This document shows positions 15,854 to 27,200 of a DNA stretch of 39,449 nucleotides, one piece after another. Made by a program: the position numbers and the translations under genes. The notes beneath the pieces are model-generated. The model was not told where the DNA came from, did no database searches, and saw only the letters and a list, made by a program, of their open reading frames with translations. Position 1 is the stretch's first letter, and each line of letters opens with the position of its first letter. Source of the DNA: Trichomonas gallinae (Eukaryota). The DNA is taken from contig MRSU01006473.1 of assembly GCA_008369845.1 (NCBI GenBank), positions 1-39,449 of the forward strand, written 5' to 3'.

Positions 15854-18800
15854 TTGTCAGCTGATTTACCTAAAGTTGAACTGGAAAGCAACTACGTAAC
15901 ACCAGCAAAGCGTTGTTCGGATGTCCTCCAGAAGTATTGCGAAGTTGATGTCCTCACTAACTCCATGATTCGCGAAATTTCAGCAAATGTTTTTGAATTG
16001 GCAAGGATTAAACAGATTTCTGAAGTCGATGTCAATATAATATCGAAATTTATACAGAAACAATGCGATTTTATTAAACAAACTAATGAATTTCAGTTTG
16101 AATTGATTGAAATTTGTTTAACCTTTTATGCTGCAGGCGATATGCCTACATCATTGTACAAAGATGTCCAAATGAACATCATACTAAGAAGTATTTTTAA
16201 GTTTTGCGGTGATAATTTCCTCAAAACGCAAGAAAACAACATTTTACTACACAAAATGTTCCCAATCGTACGACTTTGCGCAAAACTCATTGAAAGATGC
16301 GCTTTGCCTGATTCTCATTTAAGTTTCTTTGTTACATTTGCTGTTGAATTTTATTTTAACGAAGCATCATCATCTCCATTACAAGCGGCCTCATGCTCAC
16401 TTATTTCATCAATTTTCAAACGCTATGAATTAGAAAGAAGCCAAATTTTGGGTGAATTATTTTATAACATGGAAAGAAAGACAGGAAAACCTAAATCACT
16501 CGTCTTTGCGAAAACAGAGCGCGTACAGATTCAAGCCTTCTCGGCAATTCTTTTCGATCTCATTCAGGCTTCGTCGATTTATCCAAATTCGAGTGATTGC
16601 TGCAATTCAGACGTCATTCAAGACATTTTAAACAGATTAGAAGAACTACAGCCAAAATTCATCGAAATGTTTTCTAATGACGTCTTTATTTGCTTAACTC
16701 ATCCGCAATATCCTGCATCTGTCTCAATTCTCCCTTATTTGCTTAATCTTCTCTACAAACACATAACGAAAAAGTCGAATTTAACGAGAACAGCAATTAC
16801 AGCATTTTGCAAAGGTTTGTCTGCTGTTTTGTCGTTCAGAGAAAAAATGCAATCTAATTTCGAAATAAAATTCACTCCTGAGATCCTCAGAGTTGCCCAA
16901 ATAGAGGACAACAATGTCGAAATCAACGAGAAGTTCCCCGAAAACGAAAAACAAAGAATTCTCGCAGAAATTTGCATTTTATCTTTTGTTAAGCAGACAC
17001 TTAAACTTTTGGACACAGATGATACAGCAATCTTTTGCCACGTTTCTCACTGGTCATCCTTGAAGAACATGGACCAAAATGAAACGGACTTCTTAGATCA
17101 AAGCTGGCACTGCCAAATTCCCGATGTCGTCCCTCTAAAATTCGCCGAAGTTGAAAGATTACACGTCGCAATGTGCTCGAGATACAGCGTTTTTAATTCT
17201 GTTCTTGTTATCATTTCCAGGCTGCTTTGCGGACTTAAAAACACGAGTTCCACAATCAGAGGCATGGCTTTGAAAGGTTTTGACCAAGTTGTTGCCAAAA
17301 ACACCAATTTTCTGTATCATCCTGATTTAGTTCCTTTGATTCAAGGCGCTTTTGTTGATCCTTGCGGCAGTATAAGGGATGCAGCCCTCAAATTAGTGTC
17401 AACTTACATTGAACAGAATGAACAAATTAAATCTCCTTATTTCCCATTGATTATAGAGTGTCTTAAGGATTCATCACCATCGATAGTTCGTCAGGCATTG
17501 GTAACAATGGGCTCTTTAGCTCAATCTGCTGATCAGGAGCAATTAAATTCATTATGCCACATCTTAGTGTCTAAAATAGAAGATGAAGTTAATGCTGTCA
17601 GAACATCAGCCAAGTCATTGCTAATCCAGTCATTGTTTGAGTATTCTGAAGATCCATTCGGAATTTTCGTTGATATTGCGAAATCTATTGATATTGACAC
17701 AAACAAATGGTGGACACAGTTTGTAAAGGATTGTTTCGTTAAATATCCAGACAAAGTTCGCGAAATTGTCCAAAGATCAGTTATTTCTGCATGCGATGAT
17801 CCTTCAGAGATCAACAGCAGAGTTTGTCTTAACTTTTCCAGTGTCCTGCCTTCATGTGCTACAGAGAAACACGAGTCTTTAATCACTGCGATCATGTCAG
17901 CAGAATCTGATATTTCGATAACATTTTTAATACAGTCAATGAATTATATTGTTCCGCACATCTTATTCCCAGCAATGGACAGTTTCTCATTATTGCTTTC
18001 TTATCTCGAAAGCCTCGTCTGCACAAGAGGAACGTCAGTTGTAAGAGTTACATTAGAGTTGATTGTTAATATCGTTACGAGCATCACGCCAATGGACCCA
18101 ATAATCAGGACAATGCAGATACAATACGCAGACATGCTTCTACAATCATCAGCTGGCGCAAATCTAGACGAGAACTCTGTGTTAAGAGCGATTTTCGTCA
18201 CAGGAGTTTTGCTCAGATTGGCTGGTTGGGTTTCTCCGCAAGGAAATGTAAACAAAGTCGCATCTATATTAGGAAGGTTCTATATGGGCGATTCTCCTGC
18301 TGTAAGACATAGAGTTCTTGCTGCTTTCGTAGATATCTGCCTGAAAGATTCATCACAGTTAAGAGTCGGAAGGAATCTTGTCGGCATGGCTTTCAAACGA
18401 GGTGATGATGCTGATGCTCTTTCTTTCATCAAAACATTGCTTGTAGAAGAAGCAAAGACTGATTTTGTCACAGCCATTGACGAGATCAAAGGCAACTCTG
18501 CTGCCCCCTTAATAGGTCAATACACGAAACAAATAATTCAGTGCTTCAAACATCAACAGGAAAGTGTCAGAAGTGATGCACTCGCTTTAGTCAAAATCAG
18601 TTTGTCGCACGGACTTATTAATGCTCATGAAGTTCTTCCATTCGTTATGGCGATGCTCTGCAGTTCGGAGTGTTGCAATGATGCGGCAGAAATCCTCAAA
18701 AACGCTTCAGTGTCATCGCTTGAAAGCGCTCTCAAAACGAGAATTTCCGATGGTATTGATTCAGCTTATGAATACGTCAACACATTCCCAGACAAGTCAA

Positions 18801-19396
18801 AGCGCACTGGTGTCGTTGAGCTGTTCACTATCATCAAGAATCCTATGATAAGGAAGGACATTCTTTCTGCTTTGGCGACAAAATTGTATACGATGATGGA
18901 CAACAAGACAGACATGAAAAAGTGTCATTGGCTGTGCGAAGTCGTCATTTCTCTCCCATTTGAATATCTCTGGGAGCCTTTCCATTTGTGTGCTATATTC
19001 CAGAAGACTATCTGCAAGAACTGCCACAACGTCCTCATTGAAGCGGGCAACGCAATTGAAGTTGCTTGCGGCGACAAGAAGAAACAAATCACTTTACTTC
19101 CTCCTACATGGTATTCTTGTCTTATTGCTATGAAGACAGCTCACTGGGTAAGAAGGAGATACCAGGTCAGCACAAAGAAGCTTTTCTCAGGTGAAAGACC
19201 AAAAGAAGACAAAAGACCTGTTAAAGTCGCTCTGATAGATAATGTCGACATTGATTCGATAAAATTGCCACAGGAAAACGTAGAAAGTCTTACACCAGAA
19301 ATTCTTGATATTATAGCAAAACTGCAGAGTGTCGTCAGACATGAAAGAGCAACAGAAGAAAAATCAAAACCATCAATTCCTGATGCAAAGAAATAA
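15854..19396 (+). CDS. SCC2: Scc2/Nipped-B-like (NIPBL) cohesin loader, HEAT repeats
   Basis: STIRGMALKGFDQVV...QGAFVDPCGSIRDAALKLV matches the Scc2 cohesin-HEAT region. DSSPSIVRQAL, KIEDEVNAVR and GLINAHEVLPFVMAM match the pattern of the Nipped-B C-terminal domain. The start is uncertain: TTG at 15854 or the first ATG at 15965. Confidence 0.75.
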   Translation: MSADLPKVELESNYVTPAKRCSDVLQKYCEVDVLTNSMIREISANVFELARIKQISEVDVNIISKFIQKQCDFIKQTNEFQFELIEICLTFYAAGDMPTSLYKDVQMNIILRSIFKFCGDNFLKTQENNILLHKMFPIVRLCAKLIERCALPDSHLSFFVTFAVEFYFNEASSSPLQAASCSLISSIFKRYELERSQILGELFYNMERKTGKPKSLVFAKTERVQIQAFSAILFDLIQASSIYPNSSDCCNSDVIQDILNRLEELQPKFIEMFSNDVFICLTHPQYPASVSILPYLLNLLYKHITKKSNLTRTAITAFCKGLSAVLSFREKMQSNFEIKFTPEILRVAQIEDNNVEINEKFPENEKQRILAEICILSFVKQTLKLLDTDDTAIFCHVSHWSSLKNMDQNETDFLDQSWHCQIPDVVPLKFAEVERLHVAMCSRYSVFNSVLVIISRLLCGLKNTSSTIRGMALKGFDQVVAKNTNFLYHPDLVPLIQGAFVDPCGSIRDAALKLVSTYIEQNEQIKSPYFPLIIECLKDSSPSIVRQALVTMGSLAQSADQEQLNSLCHILVSKIEDEVNAVRTSAKSLLIQSLFEYSEDPFGIFVDIAKSIDIDTNKWWTQFVKDCFVKYPDKVREIVQRSVISACDDPSEINSRVCLNFSSVLPSCATEKHESLITAIMSAESDISITFLIQSMNYIVPHILFPAMDSFSLLLSYLESLVCTRGTSVVRVTLELIVNIVTSITPMDPIIRTMQIQYADMLLQSSAGANLDENSVLRAIFVTGVLLRLAGWVSPQGNVNKVASILGRFYMGDSPAVRHRVLAAFVDICLKDSSQLRVGRNLVGMAFKRGDDADALSFIKTLLVEEAKTDFVTAIDEIKGNSAAPLIGQYTKQIIQCFKHQQESVRSDALALVKISLSHGLINAHEVLPFVMAMLCSSECCNDAAEILKNASVSSLESALKTRISDGIDSAYEYVNTFPDKSKRTGVVELFTIIKNPMIRKDILSALATKLYTMMDNKTDMKKCHWLCEVVISLPFEYLWEPFHLCAIFQKTICKNCHNVLIEAGNAIEVACGDKKKQITLLPPTWYSCLIAMKTAHWVRRRYQVSTKKLFSGERPKEDKRPVKVALIDNVDIDSIKLPQENVESLTPEILDIIAKLQSVVRHERATEEKSKPSIPDAKK

Positions 19397-19793
19397 TCTG
19401 TTAATTATATAAAATATTATTGTTTTTATTTGATAAATTCATGATAGTTATGATTGAAATCATGCTATTATTTCAAACCTATATTGGATTATTTTCAATT
19501 ATAAGGACAACTCAGTGATAACAAGTTTGTTCGACATGCAAAATGCCTAAAAAGTTTACGAGATTTTAATTATGGAAAACTCAAAAATTAAAAATTAACT
19601 TATTACGTGTCAAAGAAACCTGTAAAACTTGTAAAATGATAATATTGCTTTCAAGACCGAAACTTTTTGATGTTTCACGCAAACATTCTTAATATATGTT
19701 ATCTGTGAATGAAATTGACGAAATGTATATATCTAAAAAAATGAAAATATTACATTATATGATAGTTTAGTATGTCTCTATATAAAAAAATCT

Positions 19794-21137
19794 CTACTGT
19801 TCTCCAGAAAGCTGGTTATAGATTAGATTTGCTATGACTCCTTCTTGTTGTCCTTCAAAGTCTTCTGTTATAGAATAGATTTTGTCCATGATATCATCAT
19901 CTCCTGCCATTGCTTCTAATTGAGAAGTCTTTCCTTGCAAGAAAAGGTCGGCGACAATTGCCTGCAGTGCTCTGAGTATAGCAATTCTCAGGCTTCTCGA
20001 TTCCAAGTCGAGGAAACTCATCAGCTCTGCAATTATATCTTCATTGAGCAAACCGGTGATAATGTCGCTGTTTCCATTGTAAAAGAAGCAGGAAAGAAGC
20101 TCAATGATCAGCTGGTCAATAGAATTATCGTATTGGTGCCTCATTTCTATGATAGAATTAGCGACTCCAGTTTCGAATAAGAATTGGATTCCAGATTCGC
20201 CGTTTTCAGCAATGCAGAAGAAAATTCTAAGTGCATATTTAATCTGTGCCTTGTTTTGGCTTGCCAAAGAGTTCATTAAGAACTCAAAAACGTCTAATTT
20301 CGTATAAATCTTGAAACAATTGTTGCTGCTCTTTCCAATTTCAAGCAGGAACTTCAGACCACGCGCTTTAAGCTCCTCGAAGTGAATAATGCTCTTAAAA
20401 GCAACTGACATTTGTGGTTCTTCTGATATCATTGTTAAACCAGCATCTGCACTGGCAAATGCAGTCAAAATATCAGTATATATCTTAACATTGTCTGAAA
20501 CTTCATGTGGATTTAATATATTTTGGATAATGGCGTCGAAAAATTCACGCATTAAAATTATGTTGTCTTCGATGAGTGAAAGAGATAAAATAAGTAAAGC
20601 TGCTGAATTTCTTAACTCTTCTGACTCATTATTCAAGAAATTCTTGATTGCTAAGCAATATTCTGGATTTTTAAGGAATTCGATTGAAATTGCATCACAT
20701 TGTTTTATAATAGCAGCTAGTAAGTTGAATGCTTCATGATTTGGTAAGAATTGCCAAGATCTGTTAAATAAAGCAGCATAATCGAAATCGGGTTCGAAAA
20801 ACTCCACAATTGATGATAGAATGATGAGTAGATTCTCTGTATGATGTGGTGGAAGCTGTTCAGCTGAATTAAAAAGCATTAATATCGTATTGCGAAAATC
20901 TTCCATCATTGGCGGCGGAATGAATTGGTCTTCAAGGAAAGATACAAAATATTCAACAGCGAGAAGCTTATCCTGTAATTCTGGCGAGTGAAGTTGATTT
21001 ATTTGGATTTGAATGTCATCAAAGCTTTCATCCTCAATTAATCCAACACCAAACTGTGTAGTAACTCCTCCCTTACGGTTTTCGATAATAGCATTCGCCT
21101 TATCATCACGATTAGTCTGTGAAATCAAACCAAGCAT
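19794..21137 (-). CDS. ARM/HEAT-repeat protein (importin-alpha-like fold)
   Basis: 447-aa helical ORF with ARM-like units such as LMNSLASQNKAQIKYALRIFFCIAENG and LMSFLDLESRSLRIAILRAL. Confidence 0.65.
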   Translation of the reverse strand: MLGLISQTNRDDKANAIIENRKGGVTTQFGVGLIEDESFDDIQIQINQLHSPELQDKLLAVEYFVSFLEDQFIPPPMMEDFRNTILMLFNSAEQLPPHHTENLLIILSSIVEFFEPDFDYAALFNRSWQFLPNHEAFNLLAAIIKQCDAISIEFLKNPEYCLAIKNFLNNESEELRNSAALLILSLSLIEDNIILMREFFDAIIQNILNPHEVSDNVKIYTDILTAFASADAGLTMISEEPQMSVAFKSIIHFEELKARGLKFLLEIGKSSNNCFKIYTKLDVFEFLMNSLASQNKAQIKYALRIFFCIAENGESGIQFLFETGVANSIIEMRHQYDNSIDQLIIELLSCFFYNGNSDIITGLLNEDIIAELMSFLDLESRSLRIAILRALQAIVADLFLQGKTSQLEAMAGDDDIMDKIYSITEDFEGQQEGVIANLIYNQLSGEQ

Positions 21138-21162
21138 TTTTTAATAAAAATTTTGCCTCGAG

Positions 21163-21252
21163 TTTACATGACAAAAATTTTAAAACATATTTTACATGCC
21201 AAAAACCTTAAAATATATTTTTTACACGTCAAAAATTAAATTTTACATGTCA
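21163..21252 (+). promoter_or_regulatory. Cluster of four TTTACAYGNCA motifs upstream of the ARM gene
   Basis: TTTACATGACA at 21163, TTTACATGCCA at 21191, TTTACACGTCA at 21221 and TTTACATGTCA at 21242. Confidence 0.55.
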
Positions 21253-21786
21253 TATTGTGATGCATTACAAAACAAAAATACAAAAACTACTTTGTTATAT
21301 CATTGCTTCCATACATAGAGAAAATAAAATGTTTTATCTTAAGTCACATCTTATGATGGGTTCATAAAATGGTAGGAAAACTATCTTTTATAGTTAATAC
21401 ATATATTTGGAATTTGATCACATCATTGGGTTTCAAAATGTTATATATTCGACACATATGCACGATTTTATATACTCACACTATTTTCTATTTCTAATTA
21501 TGATAATAAATAAAATCATGAATATCATGGAATTGATTAATGATAAATTAAGATACCCTAGACGATAAATTGTAGCTCCTCTATTGTTTATTCTTTCTGC
21601 AGATATAAAATTTATATTGCTATAATCAGGAAAAAGTTTCTCTGGTAAGCAAAATCTCGTGGAAAATTAAAAAATATTTTTACAAAATTTTATGATAATT
21701 AACATCTGAATTGTGTTAATAATCCAAAAATATAACAAAATCATAAAAATAAGAAGTTGCTCATTTATACGTTATTTTTACAAAAA

Positions 21787-23631
21787 ATGAGTAGATATTT
21801 TAGCCGGGTTGGTGTTGGATCAATCCGCGCTACGACATCATACGGGACCAGGCCTAAGACATCCACCGTAAGAAATAAGACAGAGTTCGCTTTGAGAGCT
21901 TCACAAGCAAATTCAAATTATTCTAGCCGTTCCATTGTATCAAATACATCCAAAGGCGGATTTTTCGCGTCTTCAATCAAGCCAGAAAACTTTAATAAAT
22001 CAGTTGCGGGCTCAATATTTGCAGATAGAGCGTTTTATATTCCATCAGAAAAAGAACGTCAAGAAAATCCTCAATTACTACTCGAACTCCTCAGAACAAT
22101 GACACCAAAGAATTCTATGAGGTTTTTGGATTCAAATCCTGTATTTTTACGTGCATTCGCAACAACAGGATTTGTTGACACTGATATTGTTAGTTCTGTG
22201 TCGGTTTCGTTGACTCCTGCTGAGTTACAAAAGTTTTTAACGAATTTTACAAATGAAACAAATATTTTCACTTGCTTGAATCACTGCGCTAAAATTTCCG
22301 ACTTTGAAAGCAAAATATCAACAATTCTTCCTATTGAGCGTTGTATTTTCTGGAGATGTTACGAAAATTGCGATTATTTATTTTCTGAGAAGCAAAAAGT
22401 TGTTTTGCCACAAAATGAAACAATATTACACAATGTATTCGAAAAAGGTGAGGATATTGTTTACAAAGATTGCACAGAAGCGCCGAATTTTTCGAAAGAT
22501 AACGATTCATCGATAATCTATGGATTTAAGACTATGGCTCTGTTTCCTGTTCGCTATGAGTCCCAAATTGTTGGTGTTCTCCAGTTTATTGGCTTCAAAC
22601 GCACTATGAGTGAAAGTGAAATGGAATTTCCACCGTATTATGTCGAATCTCTTAAGTTGATTCGCACAGTTTTCGAGAAAAAGTTCGCTAAACAGCAAGT
22701 TAAAGGAATTCCAGCCAATATTTCTCAGATATTCAAAGGAATTGACCGATGTTCGATAAAAGCAACTTCGCAAACACTCATTCAGTTTTTAACTCAATGT
22801 TTCAAATGCACCAGCGCCGAAATATTCGAGTTCTTACCGAAAACATCAATTTTATTAAGATTATCTGATGGAGTCCCGTTCACAGAGGACGAAGGAGGCA
22901 TTTCTTTCGAAGTTGGAAAAACAAAAAATCCGATTTTCGTGCCAGACAAATTCGAAAACAGATTTTCTTGTTTCAACAAAAAAATCGACGGAGAATTTCT
23001 TTCTAGGTCAATCCTATCCATGCCCATGCAGTATATGCAGCGTGTTTTCGTTATAACTCTTCGTGGGAAAGAAGACTTGCCGACTTTCACTCCAGAAGAC
23101 AGTTTTCTCCTCCAATCTCTTTCTCCAATTTTAACTGACGTCATAAGAGTCGCAACTTGGCTTGACGGGCAGAGTAAAGACGAGCAGACGAATGAGATTG
23201 CCACCGCATTGGCTGGTGTAGCATGCGAAGCTCTAGAATCTACTGCAGAGCGAGGAAACGCGCCATGGCAAGTTTTATCTGAAGCATCGCAGAAATTATT
23301 TGGCTCAGATTTGTTCTACGTTGCTTCGTTTGACGGACGAAACATCACATTATATCCAGGAGGAGCAACATGCAAGTTTGAGGAGTGCGCAGCTGGCCTG
23401 GCTTTTAACTACAGAGATACACTTTGGACGAAAAAAGGTGAAGCAAACTTCAACGAAAAAATGTACGAAAACTGCAGCGTAGAAGTAAGAGAAACGCTCG
23501 CATTCCCATACAAGGCAAATGGAAGAATCGCTGGAGCTATTGAAGTCATCAACCCTAAGAAAGATGTTCATCCAGAGGCACTGACAGTCTTCGCAAATAT
23601 TCTTGGATTACTTTATATTCCAAGTCACTAA
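21787..23631 (+). CDS. Tandem GAF-domain protein with no catalytic domain
   Basis: First ATG at 21787, after an Inr-like TCATT at 21761. GAF motifs: APNFSKDNDS..FKTMALFPVR..IVGVLQF; FNKKIDG..RSILSMPM..FTPED; ETLAFPY..IAGAIEVIN. Confidence 0.75.
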   Translation: MSRYFSRVGVGSIRATTSYGTRPKTSTVRNKTEFALRASQANSNYSSRSIVSNTSKGGFFASSIKPENFNKSVAGSIFADRAFYIPSEKERQENPQLLLELLRTMTPKNSMRFLDSNPVFLRAFATTGFVDTDIVSSVSVSLTPAELQKFLTNFTNETNIFTCLNHCAKISDFESKISTILPIERCIFWRCYENCDYLFSEKQKVVLPQNETILHNVFEKGEDIVYKDCTEAPNFSKDNDSSIIYGFKTMALFPVRYESQIVGVLQFIGFKRTMSESEMEFPPYYVESLKLIRTVFEKKFAKQQVKGIPANISQIFKGIDRCSIKATSQTLIQFLTQCFKCTSAEIFEFLPKTSILLRLSDGVPFTEDEGGISFEVGKTKNPIFVPDKFENRFSCFNKKIDGEFLSRSILSMPMQYMQRVFVITLRGKEDLPTFTPEDSFLLQSLSPILTDVIRVATWLDGQSKDEQTNEIATALAGVACEALESTAERGNAPWQVLSEASQKLFGSDLFYVASFDGRNITLYPGGATCKFEECAAGLAFNYRDTLWTKKGEANFNEKMYENCSVEVRETLAFPYKANGRIAGAIEVINPKKDVHPEALTVFANILGLLYIPSH

Positions 23632-24242
23632 TTTACTCATATCAATTATTGTTTGATTTAAACTGTTTGTTTGATTTTATATTTCTTATCATTTTCAATC
23701 TTAACAAAGTCAAAAATACAACACAAAAGATAACAGTTTATAAATCAGTTATTTTGCATAAATATTTTGAGGAATGGATGCATTTCATGAATATTGCAAT
23801 CATTTTATGGCATAAACATGCATGTAAACAAAAACAAATCTTATCGAGTTTTTTTTTTAATATCATATCATTAAAACAGAAAATTTTAGCTTGTAATTTT
23901 CTGCAATTGATTTGTATTCCATAGTAGAATGTATGGAGCAAGCATTGCTGTATAATTTACAAAAAAAGTATTTTGACTTGATCTTCATTAAAGCAACACT
24001 TTTTGACTCCCAATTTCATGCATGCATATGGAGTATCTAAATAAGGAATTGTATGATATATAAAGATAGCCATGTCATGATCTAGTTTTGTCGAAAAACA
24101 AACTTTTTTTCATTGGCAATTTTTTTTCGAAAAAATTGAGTCAAATTCTTGACTTCGCCAATATTTTGACGTATAAATGCTTTACTATGCATAAAGATGC
24201 AGAATTTTCGGTTATAAAGCTGTAAAGGTTATTCTTTCTTGT

Positions 24243-27200
24243 ATGATCAATGCTTTCTTGACAAGAAAAATCAACTGGATAAAAGGGAAGAATATTAGCA
24301 CCCCAATAGATCCAAACAGTGAACCTCATTCAGATCCAGTTCAAAAAATGGATGAAGTTTCACTTAATGATCTGGATGATCTGTTGGTCCAATTTTCCGA
24401 TGGAAGAACGAGTATTCCGACTTTATCAGACAAGATATCACTATACATAGAACAAAATGACTTATTATCGTTAAAAAAATTAAAAAATTATAACGAATTT
24501 GTCAAATTCTCAAATTCAATTCGAGCTGATAATATGAGACATCTATATAAAGGCTATAGACTGATATCCCAGATGTTTAAAGTCGCAAATCTAAAAAAAT
24601 CAAAACAAGAATATCTTTTTTTAATAGATTTCGTCTGTTGTTATTCACCATGGTTCTTCAAGAATCTCAACATACAAGATATCGTAACAAAAAATGATAT
24701 TTTTCAGCAAATTGAAAATTTGTCCAATAATTTTATCGATTTTAGAATGGGAATCATATCATACGAAATGATAAATTACTTCTTGGATGACAATGCACAA
24801 GTCTCTAGTCTTTCTTTACGCATTTTTCAAGCTATTTCAAAATATATTTTACCAAATAATTCGATTTCTTGCATTCCAAGACTTTACAGCATCCTAAATC
24901 TCTCTACAAACATAGTATTGACCATAACAATTCTCCAAATCCTTTCGAAAATGATTGATAACAAATCTCTTGGAAGAATTGTTATTTCGCTTAAAAATCT
25001 CAACATAGAAAGTATTTTGGAACGGTTCAAGCAGGAATCGCATTTAAAACAACTGATCACAGAATTTTCAAGATTTTTCTTGATATTTATACAAACAACA
25101 ATTGACCAATGGTCACAGACAAAAATTACAGAATTTATGAATTTTATAACCGACAACTTCTATCCAATTGTTCCAGAAATCATAGATATTTATATAAAAT
25201 TAAATCCTCGAATACCAAATCTTCAATTTCGTATCATTTCAGAATATTTGACAGGCAACACTATAGATAAGCTTCAGGACAAGGAAACAATGCAAAAACT
25301 CAACTTTGATTTATTGAATCAAATTATTATCAACAAATTGACTGTAAATTGTAGCCCTAAAAGACAAGAACCATCTAATCAATTTCGCGATATTTTTACC
25401 AAAAACAGATCAGAAAATTTAAATTTTGAATATTCTGTGACTGGGTTTAAATCCTTTGTCAATAATAAAAACCACAATCCTCTACAAATATATAACTCAT
25501 CGGTTCTCAAAAGTGTTTACGAGTATTTATCGAAGCAAGAAGCGAATTATAAATATTTCAAAAAAGAACTTGTAAAACTGAAAGATTTGTGCTTCATTAT
25601 TTTATCAATCATCCCATTTCCAACCCCAAATGATCCATTTCCTTCCAAATCTGTTGATGATTTTCTCGACAAGAAAATAAGGATAAAAGTCAAAAAGGAC
25701 AACACAGAGAAAGATTTTACGGTCAAAATTCACTCTTATTTCAAAGAACTCGAAGTTTTAGTAAATCAAGAATTTGATGGATTAACAGAGCCGCCTGGTG
25801 AGCTTAAAAAGGGTGTGTCTATAGTAAACAAAGATGATTTGTTGAGCAAACATGTTCAATATTCGCTTTCACAAAATCAAAATTTCAAATTTTACTTTTT
25901 CATATGCAAAAGGAATTTCTATGTCAACAGGCAGAACATTTTGCATGCAATATCTGATTCAACGGCGTCAATTTCTAGTTTTTCTCGTGAAAAATTAATT
26001 TTTGAACCAATTTTAAACGAAAACAAATCAAATCTCGAGCCTTCATTGATGAAAGTTTATGTTGATGAAAGAATTGAGGTAATTTTTAGGATATTAGAAG
26101 AAATTTACAGATTGAATCCAAATCTTGACTTTCTAGATAATTATTTGATTCATAAAGTCGACTATTACTTCAGGAACTTTATTTCAGGTACTTTATCTCG
26201 CTCTTCTTATGTTCCATGGTTAATTTACAGATTTCCTTTTCTTTTTCCACTTAAAATGAGATACACAGCATCTGTTATAGTTAACAATGACTTAAACTAC
26301 GGCTGTGACGTATTTTCATTATATTTAACCGGATCAAAATCGAAATCTTTTGGAGTTGATATAGAGATCAACTACGATGATGTTTTTAATGCAGGAAATG
26401 TATTCTTGAGCATCTGCAGACTTCCGATGTTTAACTATATTCCAAAAATAAAAGGAAATTTAATTGGAATGCAAAGATTCTGGACAAAATACATTGATTT
26501 CCTTTACAAAGACTTCTACAATAGAATTGTGAATCTATGCATATATAAATTCACGCGAAAAATATTTTTATATCCTTTCTCAGATATCAAAGAGAAACAA
26601 TTAATAATAACATTAGGTATAATTGTCGGCAAATCAATTGCAATGGGCTTAACCCTTCCTTTTGAAATCCATCCTGCTCTTTTTGACATGATTCTCGGCA
26701 AAAAATTATCAATTAAAGAAATATCAGAAGATTTTGACAAAGAAATGGAAGAAAAAGAATTCATTGGGAGAACATTTACATATCCACATGATACTTCGCG
26801 AACAATCGGCCAAGAAATGAAAATTACAGATCACAACATTAAAATATACAAAGAAAAGGTTATAAGTTACACTTGTGGAGATGATATGGAACAAACACTG
26901 AATTTATTTAAATCAGGAATTTCGAAATGCATTGATATTTCGACTCTTTCCGTTTTATCGGGCAGAGAGATCAGCCATATGCTGTACGGAGGCAATGGAC
27001 CATTCCAGCGTGAAGAAATACTAAAAATAGATCACGAAAAAATATCAGAAAAGCAATTTGACGTTTTCGTTAAGTTTATTACTACAGCGAATGAGGAAAA
27101 GCGAGTGAATTTCCTCAAAAACCTTGTTGGAGCGCAAACGGTGCCTTTTAATGACTTGCTGATGCTTCAGCCAAAAATTGAATTCGAAAAAGGACAAAAG

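Noticed and set aside
23649..24210. Short ORFs and clustered ATGCAT/CATG words upstream of the HECT-like gene
   Set aside because: The ORFs look non-coding, and the short palindromes could be chance in AT-rich DNA.
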